Source: Oscillospiraceae bacterium
Lineage (GTDB): Bacteria; Bacillota; Clostridia; Oscillospirales; Oscillospiraceae
Direction of reading: 5' to 3'
Assembly (NCBI GenBank): GCA_045538735.1
Contig: JAZSRY010000069.1
Location: forward strand, 3,810 to 67,809
DNA: 64,000 bases
Both the position numbers and the translations under genes were made by a program. Within the stretch, counting starts at the first letter, position 1. Every line of letters starts with the position of its first letter. The notes under the pieces are model-generated. The model saw nothing but the letters and a program-made list of their open reading frames with translations. It ran no database searches and was not told the DNA's origin. Below, one piece after another: positions 61,562-64,000 of this stretch.

Positions 61562-63448
61562 TCAGCTTCTTTCAAGCTGCTGCTTGTCGTATTGCAGAGT
61601 ATAGAGATGGTGGTAGCGGCCGTGGAGGCGGAGCAGCTCCTGATGAGTTCCCTGCTCTATAATCTCGCCGTGGCTCAGCAAAATGATGTTGTCCGCGTGC
61701 TGAATAGTGCTGAGGCGGTGGGCAACTATGAGCATTGTGCCTATGTTGCGCATTTTCTCAAGGCTGTCCTGAATGAGCAGCTCGGTCTCCGTGTCAATAT
61801 TTGCCGTTGCCTCGTCCAGAATCATAACGGAGGGGCGGTGGACAATGGTGCGGGCGAAGCTGAGAAGCTGGCGCTGACCTGCGGAGAAGTTGTTGCCGCG
61901 CTCTCTGACGGGCTCGTCGAGACCCTCATCAAGGCGGGAGATGAATCTGTCTGCATTCACATAGCGGCAGGCATCCATAACCGTCTCGTCGCTGATATCC
62001 TCGCTGCGGAGGAGGATATTGCTGCGGATGGTGCCTGAGAAGAGGAAAACATCCTGCAGCATCTGGCCGAAGTGGCGGCGGAGGGAGGAGATTTTGATTT
62101 TCCTTATATCAATGCCGTCAATGAGAATCTGACCTTTTTGTATGTCGTAGTTGCGGCAGATGAGGGACAAAATCGTGGTTTTGCCGCTGCCTGTGGCGCC
62201 TACGAAGGCCACAGTCTGCTTTGGATCGATATGGAAGGAGACTCCCTTGAGCACCCATTCATCGGCTTTATAGGCAAACCAAACATCGCGGAACTCAATT
62301 TCGCCTTTTATTTCGTCAAGCTCGATGGCGTCGCTCTCGTCAACAATTTGGGGCTCCATATCGAAAACGGTGAAAATCTTTTCTGCGGAGGCAAAAGCAG
62401 ACTGGAGCATGTTGAACTGTTCCGCAAGAGTCTGAATGGGGTTAAAGAACTTATTGACATACATGTAGAAGCTGACAACAATCCAGCTTTCTATGTGCTG
62501 ACCGAGGAATGTGGCGTCTTTTATGTAGCCTCTGCCGCCCAGATAGAGAAGACAGAGCACGGAGGAGATGTAGAGCATATATACCATGGGACGGAAAATA
62601 CCGAAAACGAAAAGCTGATTGCGTTTGGCCTTTCGCAAAGCGGCGCTTTTTCCAAGAAATTCGGAAAGTTTTCTGTCCTGGCGGTTGAAAATCTGGGTGA
62701 TTTTGATGCCGGAAAGATTTTCGGAGAGATAGGTGTTTATATCCGTTGTGCCGTCTTTCACCTTTCTGTGTGCCCTGCGGGAGAAAAGACGGAAGATGAT
62801 GGTGAAAAGCAGCACAAAGGGGACGAAGCAAAGCACCATCAGGGTGAGGGCATAGTTCAGCGCAAGCATCGCAACAAGAACACCCAGTATGACCATCACG
62901 TTTTTCACCAGATTCACAAGGATGTTGGTGAACATCATGCTTATGGCGTTGGTGTCATTGCAGACGCGGGTGACAAGCTTGCCCACGGGAATACCGTTAA
63001 GCTGCTCGTGGGAGAGGCTTTGAATATGGGTGAATATATCTTCTCTCAGCTCCGAGAGGATCTTCTGGCCTGTTTTCTGGAGTATAATGGCCTGAGCATA
63101 GGTGCAGACCATGGATACGACCAGCAAGCTGCCGTAGATAGCCACCAGAATGAGGAGATAGCTCATCTCGAAGCGCTCTTTTATAGTCTCTTCGATGTGA
63201 CCTATTATCAGAGGGGAGATAACATCATAAGCTATACTGAAGAGCATAATGATAAGAGCCAAAAGAAACTGCTTCCAGTGGGGCTTTGCATAGCGGAGAA
63301 GGCGGACAATAATTTCGCCATCGGGCATGTTGCGGTCGAAGCCCATGTCCTCCTTCTTGTTTTTCACCATAGCAAAGGCTATGAGGAAGATAAGGGAAAC
63401 GCAGCCTATTATGGCGCCGACTATGAGAATGGGGAGGTATTCCTTCAT
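61562..63448 (-). CDS. ABC exporter, fused permease/ATPase (MsbA/multidrug type), second of a pair
   Basis: 628-aa ORF with a six-TM domain, Walker A GATGSGKTT, signature FSAGQRQ and Walker B MILDEATA. Confidence 0.92.
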   Translation of the reverse strand: MKEYLPILIVGAIIGCVSLIFLIAFAMVKNKKEDMGFDRNMPDGEIIVRLLRYAKPHWKQFLLALIIMLFSIAYDVISPLIIGHIEETIKERFEMSYLLILVAIYGSLLVVSMVCTYAQAIILQKTGQKILSELREDIFTHIQSLSHEQLNGIPVGKLVTRVCNDTNAISMMFTNILVNLVKNVMVILGVLVAMLALNYALTLMVLCFVPFVLLFTIIFRLFSRRAHRKVKDGTTDINTYLSENLSGIKITQIFNRQDRKLSEFLGKSAALRKAKRNQLFVFGIFRPMVYMLYISSVLCLLYLGGRGYIKDATFLGQHIESWIVVSFYMYVNKFFNPIQTLAEQFNMLQSAFASAEKIFTVFDMEPQIVDESDAIELDEIKGEIEFRDVWFAYKADEWVLKGVSFHIDPKQTVAFVGATGSGKTTILSLICRNYDIQKGQILIDGIDIRKIKISSLRRHFGQMLQDVFLFSGTIRSNILLRSEDISDETVMDACRYVNADRFISRLDEGLDEPVRERGNNFSAGQRQLLSFARTIVHRPSVMILDEATANIDTETELLIQDSLEKMRNIGTMLIVAHRLSTIQHADNIILLSHGEIIEQGTHQELLRLHGRYHHLYTLQYDKQQLERS

Positions 63449-64000
63449 CAGTCCAGACCTCCTTCCTCTTCAAGACGCTGGAGATCCACCATTTTGCGGT
63501 AAGCGCTGCAGGAAGCATAAAGCTCGCTGTGGCTGCCCACGGCGGCAACGCGACCCTCGTCAATGAAAATGATCTTGTCCATCTGCTCGATGGTGGAAAC
63601 CCGGTGGGCTATGAGTATGGTGCTGCGCCCTGCGCGGGTGCGGCGGAGGTTTTCCAGAATGGAGCGCTCGGTTTTGGTATCAACGGCGGAGACAGAGTCA
63701 TCCAGAATCAAAATGGCGGCATCGCGCATAAGGGCTCTCGCAATGCTGATGCGCTGCTTCTGTCCGCCGGAAACGGTGACGCCTCGCTCGCCAAGAACGG
63801 TTGCATAGCCCTGGCTGAACTCGACTATATTTCCGTCAACATCGGCAAGTATTGCGACGGAGCGGACGGATTCTATGTCGGAGGAGTCCACACCGAAGGA
63901 GATGTTGTTTTCAATGGTGTCGGAGAAAAGGAAGTTATCCTGAGGCACATAGGCGCAGGCATCTCTCACGGAGCGGATGGAGAGAGTGTTCACATCCTGC
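63448..64000 (-). CDS. ABC exporter, fused permease/ATPase, first of the pair (3' part only; continues beyond the window)
   Basis: The reading frame is open to the window edge. It has signature VSGGQKQ and Walker B ILILDDSVSAVD. Its stop overlaps the start of the downstream partner. Confidence 0.88.
   Translation of the reverse strand, partial: QDVNTLSIRSVRDACAYVPQDNFLFSDTIENNISFGVDSSDIESVRSVAILADVDGNIVEFSQGYATVLGERGVTVSGGQKQRISIARALMRDAAILILDDSVSAVDTKTERSILENLRRTRAGRSTILIAHRVSTIEQMDKIIFIDEGRVAAVGSHSELYASCSAYRKMVDLQRLEEEGGLD

Overview
A 64-kb chromosomal window that looks like a moderately GC-rich Clostridia-type Firmicute. This is inferred from gene content (T-box leader, NiaR regulon, YloU/YloV pair, sortase-assembled pilus, GGAGG ribosome-binding sites); no database search was possible. 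I support about 65 protein-coding genes, 2 tRNAs (initiator tRNA-fMet and tRNA-Arg-ACG), one T-box riboswitch, NiaR operators, about 20 intrinsic terminators and several repeat families.

Layout:
- 1-13.9 kb, housekeeping: T-box-controlled LeuA-like gene, NiaR-controlled transporter plus niaR-pncB, asp23/yloV, two FAD oxidoreductases, a pseudokinase-C-type-lectin membrane protein, efp.
- About 14.3-33.2 kb, visibly more AT-rich accessory block starting at tRNA-fMet: orphan HNH endonuclease between 92-bp direct repeats, a complete sortase-dependent pilus locus, an esterase, a Cys-rich protein, and a dlt-like adenylase/carrier/MBOAT/DltD-like operon flanked by two PlsC-type acyltransferases.
- 33.2-64 kb, core again: two UroD-family genes, an aldo-keto reductase, an EamA transporter, a small accessory patch beside tRNA-Arg, a molybdopterin oxidoreductase, ymdB plus SbcD/SbcC-like genes, feoAB, two moeA genes, tupABC, a UPF0597 protein, a MATE transporter and two ABC exporters.

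Most notable observations:
- A 272-bp MITE-like element with terminal inverted repeats, present twice in opposite orientation.
- Three places where an intrinsic terminator hairpin is duplicated on both sides of an inserted segment. Two of these lie directly beside tRNA genes.
- A T-box-regulated LeuA homologue that has lost its catalytic motifs.
- A TupA binding protein that appears circularly permuted.
- A pilus tip protein with six ExHxHxxxC repeats and a CHAP-like domain lacking its catalytic Cys and His.
- A sortase-like protein lacking the canonical His.
- Three rGTTAG-N6-CTAACy palindromes around feoA.

No CRISPR array, integrase, transposase or rRNA gene was seen.
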